A DNA stretch of 64,000 bases, taken from Eledone cirrhosa (taxonomy: Eukaryota). The stretch is taken from NCBI GenBank assembly GCA_964016885.1, contig OZ024741.1:312852001-312916000 (forward strand). Reading direction: 5' to 3'. Shown here piece by piece: positions 40,811-57,249 of the stretch. The position numbers and the translations under genes are program-made. The notes below the pieces were generated by a model. The model did no database searches. It had not been told where the DNA came from and worked only from the letters and a program-made list of their open reading frames with translations. Numbering within the stretch: position 1 is the stretch's first letter; each line of letters opens with the position of its first letter.

Positions 40811-42036
40811 TTGTATAATGTATAAATTAATAACATTGTATATAAAAGATTAATTTATTTACTCAAGGGATGTATCTAATTTATCATGCAAACAGCTATA
40901 CGTTATTCCATATCTTTCCAAATATTGGGTAGACAACAATGTAATGAAACCTTTTAATATATTATGAGAGAGTAGACTGTATTTAAAATTAAATATAAAT
41001 ATATAACATTTTGTATGAGGGATTCAATTATGGCACTATATATTATTGGGTAGACAACAATCTAATGAAACCTTTAATATATTATGAGAGAATAGACTGT
41101 ATTTAAAATTAAATATAAATATACAACATTTTATATAAGGGATTCAATTGAGCCGTTATATAATGTCTATTAAAGCAAGGAATTTAATTATTATAATGAG
41201 CTAGTTACCTCCTCTTACGCATTAGCTCCCCTTAATTCCATATCCACTTCCGGATATTAAACCGTTGAAAATTCTCGCAGTAGAACAACTCTAATTCATA
41301 AATATGAATACAATAAAACCAAGTTACAATCCATTACTATAACAAACATTCAATACAAATATAACTTAACATATGTAATGGATGTGAAATCTGTAACTTT
41401 CATATTCTACACACATACAAATTTGAACTATACAAAAAATATCATCGCATTGCATCCACCATAATACACTAACATATTCGCTTAAAATGCTTGTATTTTA
41501 TGTAATTCCTTGCCATCCACTACTCATATATGCATGATATATTTGCTTGCACCATTCCTTTATATATGACTAACACATGTACTATCTCTTTAATTTAATT
41601 ATTAGACTATTTTTGTGTATTATCTGTCGCATGTATTCCACCCTATGCTTTTTATTTTAATTTTAATTTTAATCTTAATTTGAATTATTGTACAATTCTC
41701 GTATAATATATGTCGCATCCATTCCACGCTGTAAACATGAAACTGTTGTCCACAACATCAATATTTATGTATCTGTATGCTTCTTCAGTTAAATAGGAGA
41801 ACCCCAAGCTTATGTTTGGAAGAAACAATTGTCAGCGATTAAATGTTTTAAACATAACTTTGATATTTGTGCAATCTATATTACTGATCCGTAAAACAAC
41901 TGATGTTCTTACATTTAGCTATTTCTCTTACTGGTAATAAGGTAGTAATAAACTTCTGACCTTCCCTGTTTATAGTTGTTTATAGTATAGTATATACATA
42001 ACTATAAATATTATCTTTAATATTATATATATATAT

Positions 42037-42121
<85 letters not shown>

Positions 42122-42129
42122 TGTATATA

Positions 42130-42162
<33 letters not shown>

Positions 42163-42608
42163 GAATGTAAATATAGTGTATTTTGCAATACACTGTATAC
42201 TTAATTAAAAGCATTTCGAAGACCTTACGCTTTTTCTTTAGAGTAGTGACAGTCTCACTTTAATTTTCAGCAAATAGGGGAGACAAATCTGACAGAGTTC
42301 TGTTTATCAGTTTTTGGTGCTTATCAAAGCTAAGTATTCCGTCTTTTTGCTGAAAATCATGAATGTTTGATTTTTTATAGAGTTCTAGTGATAATCACAA
42401 ACTGATTATACAGAGCGATTGCCGGTCAAGCAGATATTGAAAATTAGCATTGGTGCTCTGAAATAGTGATATACATATGAATTTATATATAGTGTATTTT
42501 GCAATACACTGTATGCTTAATTAAAAGCATTTCGAATACCTTACGCTATTGTTTTAGAGTAGTGACAGTCTCACTTACTTTAATTTTCAGCAAACTGGCG
42601 GAGGACTT

Positions 42609-42653
42609 AGCTTTGATAAGCACCAAAAAGTGCGAAACAGAGCTCTGTCAGCT
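42609..42653 (+). ncRNA. Hammerhead with U3-A8 compensatory core
   Basis: AGCT-TTGATAA-GCAC(CAAAAA)GTGC-GAAAC-AGAGCTCT-GTC-AGCT; all three stems are perfect. Confidence 0.75.
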
Positions 42654-42845
42654 TTATCTCCCCTGTTTGCTGAAAATTAAAGTAAGTGAGACTGTCACTA
42701 CTCTAAAACAATAGCGTAAGGTCTTCGAAATGCTTTTAATTAAGCATACAGTGTATTGCAAAATACACTATATATACATTCATATATATATATCGCTATT
42801 TCAGAGCACCAATTCTAATTCTTATATTTGTATTTATATATATAT

Positions 42846-42918
<73 letters not shown>

Positions 42919-42948
42919 CAAAAGATGGTTAAAAGAGTTCCAAGTATT

Positions 42949-43011
42949 TTGTTATGCGCATTTCAAAAACAAATATCATCATGGGATGATATCTGAGTTC
43001 TCATCAGATAA
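42949..43011 (-). ncRNA. Type-I hammerhead with extended stem II
   Basis: TTAT-CTGATGA-GAACT-CAGATATCATC(CCAT)GATGATATTTG-TTTTT-GAAA-TGCGCA-TA-ACAA. Confidence 0.7.
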
Positions 43012-43112
43012 AATAGGAAGACATGATATGAAGCTTAAAAAACACTTGTGAATAGTGAAGTTTAAATCAACATATATGTTGATTTAAAACTTCACTATGT
43101 ACAGAGGTACAC

Positions 43113-43169
<57 letters not shown>

Positions 43170-43189
43170 TACCTCTGCTCCTAAGTTGA

Positions 43190-43690
43190 ATATTTCTACA
43201 TTTCTTGTATATTCTATATATCATATAGAGCTTATATATTTTTAATATAAATGCAATGTATCGTGCCCTTCTGTCTGTTAATTTTTTTTACGTTGATAGC
43301 GTTTCGGCGCTACTTTCTTTTACAACGGTTGTTCTATAATGTGGGTGTTCTATATTATAGCCATTATCTTTAGGTTTCTGATTATTTATATTATTACAAG
43401 TTTAGTTGTCCGAGTTGGGTTTAGATAGAGTCATACTATGCGAGATAATATTAAGGTTACTGTCATTCATAGAGTGTTTGAAGGTACATATGACTTTTTC
43501 CCTATAGCTAGATCTATGTCATGCCTCATTGTAGAATTGAGTTTTCTGTTCGAAGAGAGTCTAGAATTGCGGTTATATACGTTGTTAATATATTTTAGTA
43601 TAGATCTAGGGTGGTTAGACAGATTAATAACGTAGAAAGGTTGTTCACATGGCATAAGAATAGATTCGTAATGTGCCATCTCTTGGTCTT
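43190..43690 (-). mobile_element. Degraded PLE fragment
   Basis: PFYVINLSNHPRSILKYI..NRNSRLSS resembles the NYVDTKSNQPKSIL..NRISNLS segment of ORF 38842-39516. Confidence 0.55.
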
Positions 43691-43929
43691 GAATTGCTAC
43701 TTACTCTCGACCTCATGTGTCATTGAGCGTTTCACACCTTTCCCAAAATAATATTGGACACCACCTTTATATTTTCTCATATATACATTACGCATCAGTG
43801 ATATTCTTGCATTTAACGCCAATAGCCCAATTAACGTGTGTGTAGATATTTGTATGTATGTATGCATTATGCATGTATGTATGGATGGATGGAGAGAGAG
43901 GACACCACTAATCATGTGAGTACTTCATA

Positions 43930-45054
43930 CATGGATTTTCGGAGGCCGGCTTAGATTTTTTTGCTGATACGTCCACGTTGATAGAATATCTGCCGTTCAA
44001 CCGTTTTTCTCTTTGTTCTCCTTTACAATGCCTTTTATGTCCAAACTTTTCACACTGATAACATTTTACATTTTTGTGAGGACAGTCCCTTTTAAAATGT
44101 AAGCACCCGCACCCGTATCTGTAACATGCCTTAAGTTTATGAAACTTTGGTATTCGTCAGTCACTGCCTGCAGTATCAATTTTTCATCTTGTTCTAACTT
44201 TGTTAATATCCAGGAACGTATTTCTGCAACTTTGTAAACAGTCAGCCATTGTACAAAAATCAGACATTTGCACAAGTCTGGAGTTAATTCATTTAATTTG
44301 AACTTTTCACATTCTCTAATTACAACTCCCGCATAGGTGACGATATCTTCATCATAGTTTATCACCAAATTTAAATAGTACCAGCGCGTATTGAACAGTG
44401 AACTCCTTTAACTTAAAATTTTCGATAACATTTTACTTGTTTTATCGAAACAACTCTCACCCAATTTCTTTGGCAGAATAAAATTACAGTACTACTCGTG
44501 TTCGGGGATAGCTTCCTTAATTGTAGTCGTAATTTCTTTTCGTCATTTCACCCACGACAATCTTCCTTGAAGATTTCTTCATATCTTGTGAAATATGCTG
44601 CCAAAGTAACACCTTCTAGTTTGTACACACATTCTCCCATTGAGTTTACCACAATAACTGGTGTGGACAAACCTGAAGTGCTTTCTGACATTTTAAACAT
44701 TAATTCTAGCATCTCTTTTTCAAGTTGTATATGTTGCTGTTATTGTTGTTGTTGTTGTGGTTGTATCTGTTACAACTGCACCAAGCGGGCTCACAATTCC
44801 TCCATGCTAACGATTTTTTTTTTCAGTCCAGTGCAAGCTTCAAATAGATCGTGGCCAATTTTATAACCCCTTTGACTGGTTATATGATGTATGATCCGGG
44901 GGTATTAACAATTTTATATCAGGCGTAACTTCTGACTACTAAACGTGAGTCTTTTAAGCGAGTCTCCAACCGAACTCCTGATAACGAGACACGTTGCCTA
45001 TTTATCCTTGTCCACCAAGCCTATTTCTTTACTCCAGAAGGGATGTTCGCTACA
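43930..45054 (-). mobile_element. 5' part of a Ty3/Gypsy-like LTR retrotransposon (short LTR, PBS-like site, degraded gag)
   Basis: Minus strand begins TGTAGCG at 45054; TTGGCCACGA PBS-like site near 44850; gag-like FAAYFTRYEEIF and LTPDLCKCLIFVQ..EIRS.ILTKLE. Confidence 0.6.
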
Positions 45055-45087
45055 AAAACATACACACACCAACACACACACACACAC

Positions 45088-45164
<77 letters not shown>

Positions 45165-45211
45165 CTTTCTTTACTCCAAAAGCGGTGTTCACCACAACAA
45201 CATACATATTT

Positions 45212-45366
<155 letters not shown>

Positions 45367-45743
45367 AGAAAGTGATGTTTTTTTACAAAATAAAAGATAA
45401 CCGGTGTCCTATACGAGTGAAAGTATAAAGAAAAACAGATGAAATCGAAAATGCAACTGGAATCTTATTTTAAAAAAATATATATTTATATTTATTTGGT
45501 TCCTTTACCGGTTTCGCAGTTCTTCTGTTGAGATGGAGGCACAGACCCCCCATCTGAACTCTACTTTTGGAAAGCAGAAGAACTGCGAAACCGGTAAAGG
45601 AACCAAATAAATATATATATATTTTAAAAAATAAGACTCCAGTTGCATTTTCGATTTCAACTTTATATATATATATATATAGTAATAATAATAAATAAGG
45701 TTGAAAGCAGCGATTTTTTGCTTAAACTTTAATCTGTTATTTT

Positions 45744-45822
<79 letters not shown>

Positions 45823-45953
45823 GGTGTAACTTGGAGTTACTGCAGGTTCACCCGGGTAAGCACTCGATGTTTAGTTAGTTTCACTTCTGTGTTGAGGTGT
45901 AGAGCTATATCATTTACATTTATTGGTAATGAAGGAGTAACCAATCGTCCTTG

Positions 45954-49310
<3,357 letters not shown>

Positions 49311-49642
49311 CCAGCACCACTTTACGGCATGGACTGGGTGTTTTTATTCGTGCAACCAACACAAGAGAGGTCGTCTTACTAAGGAATGTGTCTTACTGGA
49401 ATTAGAGGACTTCTCTACCAGCACCAATTTATTCGGAGTGTTAGCTCTCTTAGACTGTTTGCCTACAATACGGCTTACGGAGCCTCCGTTCACCCCTTGT
49501 CTGCTCGATAATATATTCACAAGGGAGTGGTTATCATACAGCGTCGGGAATGTATACCAAACGTGGTGAAAGTGGGGCGGGTGGGCGTGAAACGAGAAGG
49601 AAATATGTCTAAACGCACAGATTTAAATATCAACATTCACAT

Positions 49643-49674
<32 letters not shown>

Positions 49675-49679
<5 letters not shown>

Positions 49680-51640
49680 AAAACGTGCTGCGGGGTTGCT
49701 AATGGGTTACATATGAATAAAGTTAGTCCTTCATCAGTGATCTTCCAACCATCATTGGTATTTCATCGCTTTAAAGACAATATGCCTCCGGTTGGTGCGA
49801 GCAACGGCTAAAAAAAGTCGTTGGGACACGTAAATAAAGGGAACACTAGTGTAAACAAACAAAAATGGTGAAGCAACGAAAAGTGAGGAAGAAGGAGTCA
49901 AGTCCCAAATTTCTATGAATTTAAATTCGGTGAAATCGTGAACAAGAGAGAATAAAGACCATCAAACCTGGTTGGAATTTAAGCAAGGAAGGAATTCCGT
50001 ACAGGTCTAACGGGAGGAAGAAGGGATCAGTCTGTGATTTCGGTGAACGTAAGTTCTGTGAAATCGTAGACGAGAGAGAGAAAAAAATAGCAACCTGCCA
50101 GACCAAGGGTGCGAAAGAAAAGAATTACGCACAGGTCAAACGGGAAGAAGGAGGAGGAGGAGAGGTAGTAACAGAGAATGAGTGAGGAAGGGTGAGGAAG
50201 AGGCTAACAGAGAGAGTGACTGCTAGAGAGGGTAAAGATACAGAGAAAGAGGAAGCAGTAAGAAGGAAATAGACGTGTAACAGCGGGGATAAAAGTATGT
50301 GTAAATATGAGAAAAACGTGCTGCGGGGTTGCTAATGGGTTACATATGAATAAAGTTAGTCCTTCATCAGTGATCTTCCAACCATCATTGGTATTTCATC
50401 GCTTTAAAGACCATATACCTCCGGTTGGTGCGAGCAACGGCTATAAAAAGTCATTGGGACACGTAAATAAAGGGAACACGAGTGTAAACAAACAAAAATG
50501 GTGAAGCAACGAAAAGTGAGGAAGAAGCAGGTCGCTTTTTTTTCTCTCTCTCGTCTACGATTTCACAGAACTTACGTTCACCGAAATCACAGACTAGATC
50601 CCTTCTTCCTCCCATTAGACCTGTACGAATTCCTTCCTTGCTTACATTCCAACCAGGTTTGATGGTCTTTATTCTCTCTCGTTCACGATTTCACCGAATT
50701 TAAATTCATAGAAATTTGGGACTTGACTCCTTCTACCTCACTTTTCGTTGCTTCACCATTTTTGTTTGTATTGGAATACTTGTGTACAAATATGTATGTG
50801 CCCTTCAGTGTGCTATGCATTGTGCGTATATGTATGTGTGTGTGTCGGCGCGTTTATATCTATAGACATCAAAAGGTATGCAAATTTGTGTATATTTGTG
50901 TTGCACCATAGAACATGTGTGTTTACGTATGTCATTGTGTTTATATGTGGATAGAGATGTATGCTGATGTAGGTATGTATGTTGACGTGTGTATGTTGTG
51001 GGTTCGTCTTAGGGAGAAGTGTTTAGACGGGGTCCGTATTGTTAATAAAGTGAGATTCCTTGCTGATGCACTGGGTGTGGGTGGCATTATCTTTAAATTT
51101 GTAGAGAGGAAAGATTCTGAAGTTTGGATGATTTGGGGCGGCACAGGTATCAATGTGTTCACTCAGTGGTATTTTCCTGTATTTCCGTATTTTAATTAGG
51201 GATCTATGGACAGTCATGCGTTGGCGGTGGCTGTTTCTGGTCTGGCCTATATATTGTTCTCGACAACCTGAGCAAGTTAATACATATATTAGATTTTCTG
51301 ATGCGCATGTGAAATTGTGTTTTACTATAAAACGTTGTCTTTCTTTGAAATAGAATTCCGAACCCTTTATTAGGTTGATGCATATGCCACAGTTGGGTCT
51401 ATCGCATTTTTTTACTGTGGGTTTCGTTGTTGTGGTTGGCAGTACTTTGGCATGTGTTAGGATGTTTTTCATTGACTTAGATTGTCTTTTGCTCTTTATG
51501 ATATCGTGTGTTCGTAGGATTTGGTTCATTCTATGGTCCTTTTTTAACACAGGGATGTTCTGGAGTATGGTGACAAAGGCTTCATTGTTGAAGGGGTTGT
51601 GTGTGGAGATTTATGGAAGAGCTTTTAGTTTCGGTTGATT
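49675..51640 (-). mobile_element. PLE 3' part (GIY-YIG) with probable rearranged 3' repeats
   Basis: ORF 51023-51550: CDRPNCGIC...FTCASENLIYVLTCSGCREQYIGQT...RMTVH. Direct repeat 49675-49890 and 50307-50527; inverted repeat 49860-50085 and 50540-50767. Confidence 0.75.
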
Positions 51641-52274
51641 GTTTTGACTACAAGAAAGTTTGCAACCCGAATTGGCGCGAAATTCATAGTGCTTATTCAC
51701 GTGACGTTCGACTACCAACCAAATTGTAATACCTTCCAAGCCACTTTTTTCACATAAAACAGCAAGAATTTCCCAAACTGATCAGATTAGAGCAAAATTC
51801 ACGCGCACTCTATCTCAAAATTATTTTTGAAAAGCATAAGAAATGCGCTACCGGTAAAAACTTAAAACTAAAACTGAATACTAACTATTACTTATTACTA
51901 ATTTTTACTTATTCCTAATTAAACTATTTTTCACTGGGAAAAATTTGTCAGCACTTTCTTTTCCTTTTTACTAATATATCACAACTCGTGTGTCACACCT
52001 GTATTTTTAAAAATATATACATATATATAGATTTATTTACATTTATATTAGACCCGGTTTCAATCGGAGATAACCAGTGTAAGTATGGAACAAAATACAT
52101 TTGTAGTGTGTAAAGATCACGTTTAATATAAACATAGCTGCTACATTACTAGACATATTTCATTCAAAAGTAATCATCAGGAAAATCTTTTCCTAATGAT
52201 TTCTTTGGATGAAACTATTCTAGTCCTGTAGAAGCGATTTCTATATTAAACATCATATTTACACACAAACACAC

Positions 52275-52313
<39 letters not shown>

Positions 52314-52399
52314 TGTGTGTATGTGTGTGTGTCTGTGTGCGTGTGTGTGTGTGTGTGTATTGTATATACGTGGACCAGAACTTCGTTTGAACTCTAGCT

Positions 52400-54684
52400 G
52401 ATATTGCATGTTGGTGTCTCAGTTTTTACTAAATCCAAGAGTTTAAAGGTTGAATGTGCTGTCCTTCCTCCCGGCAGCAAAGTACCAGCGATCCAACGCA
52501 ATTTATTTCTCCTGACGAATCTTAGCGAGAATTAATTTCGTTACAAAAGTTGTTTCCGGTACCCCCAGGAGCATCGAGAAAGTAAATAACACAGTCTGAT
52601 TTTGAACCGCGTCAATGATAGTTAAATAGGCCAACCTTTGGTCCGACAGAAGTTTGGGCTCATTTTCCTCTTAGTATTGGGAAAGAGATTCGATGTCATA
52701 TGCTGTTCCCCGCAACAAATCCGGGGCCAACGTGTTAGCTTACTCTTTGACAGTTGACGGCAAGCGATACGTCCGCAACACACTCCCACTCATGTCGAGG
52801 AAGGCGTCCTCGATATCAATGAGTGCTCTGTTGTAGATAATGTCGCTGTAACCAACTTCCACTGACGGATACTGCAGATGAGCCAGGAATAAGAAGTCCT
52901 CAGACATGAAGTCTCTATACTTAAACCATAAAGATTTGGGATCACGCAATTCACACTTCTGAAGCAAAATGGAAAAGAGTTTCCGTAGACCTTTATGTTA
53001 TTTCAACAAAGCTCCCTCTGCTAAAGTGGAATACCATTGCGAATCGTCATCCAAACGACCACACTTAAAGCAGGCTTCCCGGCACGTATCACATATTTCT
53101 CCATCAACAGATTTGAGGTCCTGAAAATTTTGTGGGCCTACAACTTCATGCAGAAGAAGGCGGAGATGAAAGCACTCATGCTGACTTGGGGGCACAGTGT
53201 AAACCCTTTCAAGACAGCTGTCAAATTTTACACCAGGATGTCTTTCAATAGCCTGACCTGACTTTCTTAGCACCCAAGTGTTTTTCGACCATATAATGTA
53301 GGATGGAACCTGGAGGTACACAATTGTTTGCGCAAATATATCAAACTGGCAAAGTTTGAATTAACCCGTCAGAGTGGTCTCTTTCGGATCGGTGGCCAAC
53401 ATGGCGACGGTTTGGTCCGTAAAGTATACCATTTGCCCATTTTCCAAATGTACCGCAAGCTGTACGATGGCGGGTTGCCGTTGGTGTAGGTGTAAACCAA
53501 ATAGGCGCCAAAAAGCTTCATTACTATTGATGTACCGCCCCGCCAGGTATTCTGTGACCTCGTCCCTGCTATTTTCAGCTTGAAATGCGAACATTGCGGC
53601 ATCAGAGCCCTTATTTACATATTTGCTTATTTATTTTATCGAATTGACGGAGTTGCAAAACTCAACGTTGATGTGGGCTTTGAACATCTTCAAGAGAAGG
53701 GGGCAGTAAGGGACCACCCATCTATTGTCGACTTGACCTCCCTTTACTGTTGTGGTGAAGCCACCGTTCTCGGGTCGTCTCCGCCTGTACAGGGCGTACC
53801 CGTGGCCACCAATCTGAGTCTGGTCAAAAAATTGTTTTGGGTATCCCTTACTGCACGGCCCCCCTTTCAGACACGTGTGAGGCTCATTAGGGCCCGACAC
53901 ACACGGACCATGTTACCTTTGACGACGTCATGTAATTCTTGGTCAGTTGCTGGGTTAGGGATTTTTAGCCGAAATGAAGGTGTCTATGGCATTTGAATTG
54001 ATTTTATCAGCTAACCAAATCAAAATGTGAGCAAGTGGTTGTCCTCGTTTTTGCCATTTGACGGTGAGCATGTCATAATTTACAGCCCCAAATACCTGAC
54101 CCTTTTTGATTAAAGCCATGAATTTAGCCAGTTTCAGTCTGAACACTCTGGCAATGAGGTCATGTCTGTTCGAATAATTTTTCCCAGGAAGTTCACGGGT
54201 TACATCCCGATTCATATGTCTATAGCATTAATCTGTTATCTGAAGTGTTATTTTGCGGGTTGTTATTTGCAATAAGCCGATTGAAAATGCCCCAGATAAG
54301 CCGTATATCAATACGGAACGCACCACTGCAGTGTTGTCACATAGGGAGTGAAGAGCGACAGAGAGAGTAAAGCAGGTAAATTATAGGGAGAGGGAATATA
54401 CGGAACGTTTCATTTGATCATACACATTGTTTCTCTCTCTGCAGTGTTGTCATATATGGAGTGAAGAGCGACAGAGACAGAGTAAAGCAGTTAAATTATA
54501 GACAGGGGGAATGATCATGATCGATTTTTTCCCTTATTTTTGATGGATTTGAAATTTTTTGCTTCATGACATTTTCCTGACCAAAAGCAATAATTGTCCC
54601 GACTTTGAATAGAACCCGTTGGAAATGTGGACCTGAATCCGTTACAAACCTTAACACACACATCCTCAGATTTATATATATAGA
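52400..54684 (-). mobile_element. Helitron (RepHel pseudogene), 3'-truncated
   Basis: 5' A|TC terminus at 54684; Rep motifs RHDLIARVF, QKRG.P.AHILIWL and VDNRWVVPY..AHINVE; Pif1-type FLDAPGGTG near 52560. Confidence 0.9.
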
Positions 54685-55020
54685 TTATATCGATCCTCTA
54701 TAAAATATACATGGATTTTTAGTTCAGTTAAATGCAATGATAAAATCATTATGAAAGAAACAAACAATATCATAAGAAAAATAACATATGTAATCCTTCC
54801 AAATATTACCATATTCTACCAGTTACTACGATATGTAATTGCGACATTCTTACATTTAAATAAACACACACAGACATACATACACGTACATATATATATA
54901 TATTTATATGTGCGTGTGTTTGATTGTTTTTCTGTGTGTGTGTGCGTGTGTGTGTGTGTGTGTGTGTACGATATGTGTTTGTGACATTCTTACATTCAAA
55001 TAAACACACACACACACATT

Positions 55021-55076
<56 letters not shown>

Positions 55077-55148
55077 TATATGTGTGTGGGTGAGTTTATG
55101 TGTGTTTGTGTGTGTGTATAGTAAATAAGTAACAAGTTTATGAGATAC

Positions 55149-55283
55149 CTTGTTGGCAATTGTCACCAAGATAACCTGCAGAACATCCATCTGAACAGCT
55201 TCCAGTTTGCTTGTCACAGTCAGCATTTGTGATACAATGGCATATCCCATTACAAGCATCACCAAACTTTCCTACTGTGCATT
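55149..55283 (-). CDS. Internal exon (135 bp, phase 1-1) encoding one 8-Cys EGF-like (laminin-type/CED-1-like) repeat of a multiple-EGF protein
   Basis: Minus strand reads ttttcag|exon|gtatct and translates ECTVGKFGDACNGICHCITNADCDKQTGSCSDGCSAGYLGDNCQQ. The Cys spacing and G-[FY]-x-G-x-x-C motif resemble MEGF10/11, Draper and SREC repeats. Confidence 0.85.
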
Positions 55284-55429
55284 CTGAAAATATCAATATA
55301 TGTGATAATGTTGAAGATATCATTAAATACATACAGATATCAATGATACAATTTTATACTACATTTTAAGATTAAAGTGGTATTGGAATAAACATATGAA
55401 CTTGTATACTTATTGAATATTATATCGAT

Positions 55430-55610
55430 TGGATTGGCAGCATCGGTAGAGGGTCGGACGCCATGTTTTGAAGCATAGAGTTACGGCTCTTGCCATTCTG
55501 AGTTCAAATCACGCAAAGGTTAACTTTGCCTTTCATCCTTACGGGGTCGATTAAATAAAGTACCAGTAATGCACTAGGTAATTGCTGGCCTTGTGCCAAA
55601 AGTAGAAACA
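55430..55610 (+). mobile_element. tRNA-type SINE, slightly 5'-truncated, with 11-bp TSD
   Basis: TSD ATTATATCGAT at 55419-55429 and 55611-55621; same family as 28036. Confidence 0.85.
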
Positions 55611-55802
55611 ATTATATCGATCATCTATAATATGTACATAGATTTTTAGTTCAGTTAAATGCAATGTTAAAAAACATTCTGAAAGAAACAAACAATATTA
55701 TTAGAAAAATAACAGACATCCTACAAAATCTTACCATATTCTATCAGTGACTACGATATGTATTGGTGACATTCTTGCATTTAAATAAACACATACACAC
55801 AT

Positions 55803-55850
<48 letters not shown>

Positions 55851-55854
55851 TATA

Positions 55855-56208
55855 TGGATATTCATTCTTCATTGTACGTGGCACTGTCCTCAATTGAACC
55901 ACGACTGGATAAACTGAAAAAGAAGAAGCGGGCTCACCTTTCACACTAGTAAACATTAAGGTTATATAATTTTTATTTTTGTGTTAATAAACTGCTTGTT
56001 ACTTTTTTTATTACTTTTTTATATGTTTTGATATTGTATTATTTGTTTACAAAATAAATAGAAGATAAAAAAAATGGTCTACTATTATTATATTCATTAT
56101 ATATATCGTTTCCGGTATAAATTAAAATTCCTACGAAATATTAGCCGTATGTGGCACATTGAAAAAAAAAATGCCGGTCCGCTACATCAGATAGTTTGAG
56201 AAGCACTG
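55855..56208 (+). mobile_element. hAT (Charlie/Buster-type) 3' end fragment
   Basis: Plus frame reads RVALSSIEPRLDKLKKKKRAHLSH* (stop 55947-55949), like Charlie transposase C-termini; TIR AGTTTGAGAAGCACTG followed by CTCTAGGG. Confidence 0.7.
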
Positions 56209-56457
56209 CTCTAGGGTTCTTATATATTTGATATATATATCCTTATCGAGCCTCGTGAAATAAATACGTTTGTTTATATTTTGTTATTGTGTATGCAAAA
56301 ATATCTATACGCGAATATAAAATTATATGTATATATATATTAAAATAACAGATTAAAGATTAATAAAAAAAATCGCTGCTTTCACAACTAACGGGATCTT
56401 CTGAAGCTAAAAAAATGAATCTGTGAACGCAGAAGTAAATATTTCGAAAAACGTTAA

Positions 56458-56491
<34 letters not shown>

Positions 56492-56854
56492 GCACGCACA
56501 CACACACACACACTCACACACACACACACACTCACACACACACAAACACACACACAGACACACACACAGTGTCATACTGTAATAATGCAGATAGCCAGAC
56601 ATACAGACAGATATTATAAGGGCGCAACGTTATATCTATGTATCTATCTAAAAAGAAAGTCTAAGAATTATAGAGAGATATCGCTAAGTCGCCTAATGCG
56701 GCCCCTAAGGCATTGAAAATCTCAAAACACTCACAGGACCAGAAGTATTACATGTGTAAAATTTGAACACAATCTGTTGAGTGGTTCTCAAGTTTTAGGG
56801 AGCTGACAGACAGACATTTGTCTGTTTTACATATATAGATAATAGTAATAATGT

Positions 56855-57245
56855 AAATGTTAACGATAGACAGAACAACAACAATAACAACAACAACAAC
56901 AACAACCACAATAATAATAATGGAAACATTAACGACAGGCACGACAACAACAACAACCACAGTAGTAATAATGGAAATAATACGAGTAGCAACGTTAATT
57001 ATAGACACAACAACAACAACCACAACAACACCAACAACAACAACAACCACAAAAAACAACAACAACCACAACAAAAACAAGAAACCTAATAAAGGTAACA
57101 ACCACAATGGTAGAAATAACAGTAACAACAACAATAACGGTGGAGAAAACAACAACAATACATCTAACAATCATAACAATAATATTAACGTTCATGATAG
57201 GAACAACAACAACGATAATAAAAATAATAGCAACATGCACAACTA
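56855..57245. repeat. Degenerate (AAC/AAT)n trinucleotide tract
   Basis: Visible directly; it produces the poly-T/poly-N start of ORF 56857. Confidence 0.9.
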
Positions 57246-57249
57246 TGAC

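Larger units (their letters stand above)
36110..42022 (+). mobile_element. Penelope-like element with tandem pLTRs and an inverted 5' partial pLTR; ORF degenerate
   Basis: ORF pieces 38002-40300: KNIPIPS, QFDINSYY, MGSSDSAQ, LYRDD, NFLD and GIY-YIG (CLIKHIIYSC...YIGST). Direct repeats 36420-37955 and 40317-42022; 36110-36420 is the reverse complement of ~37495-37805. Confidence 0.9.
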
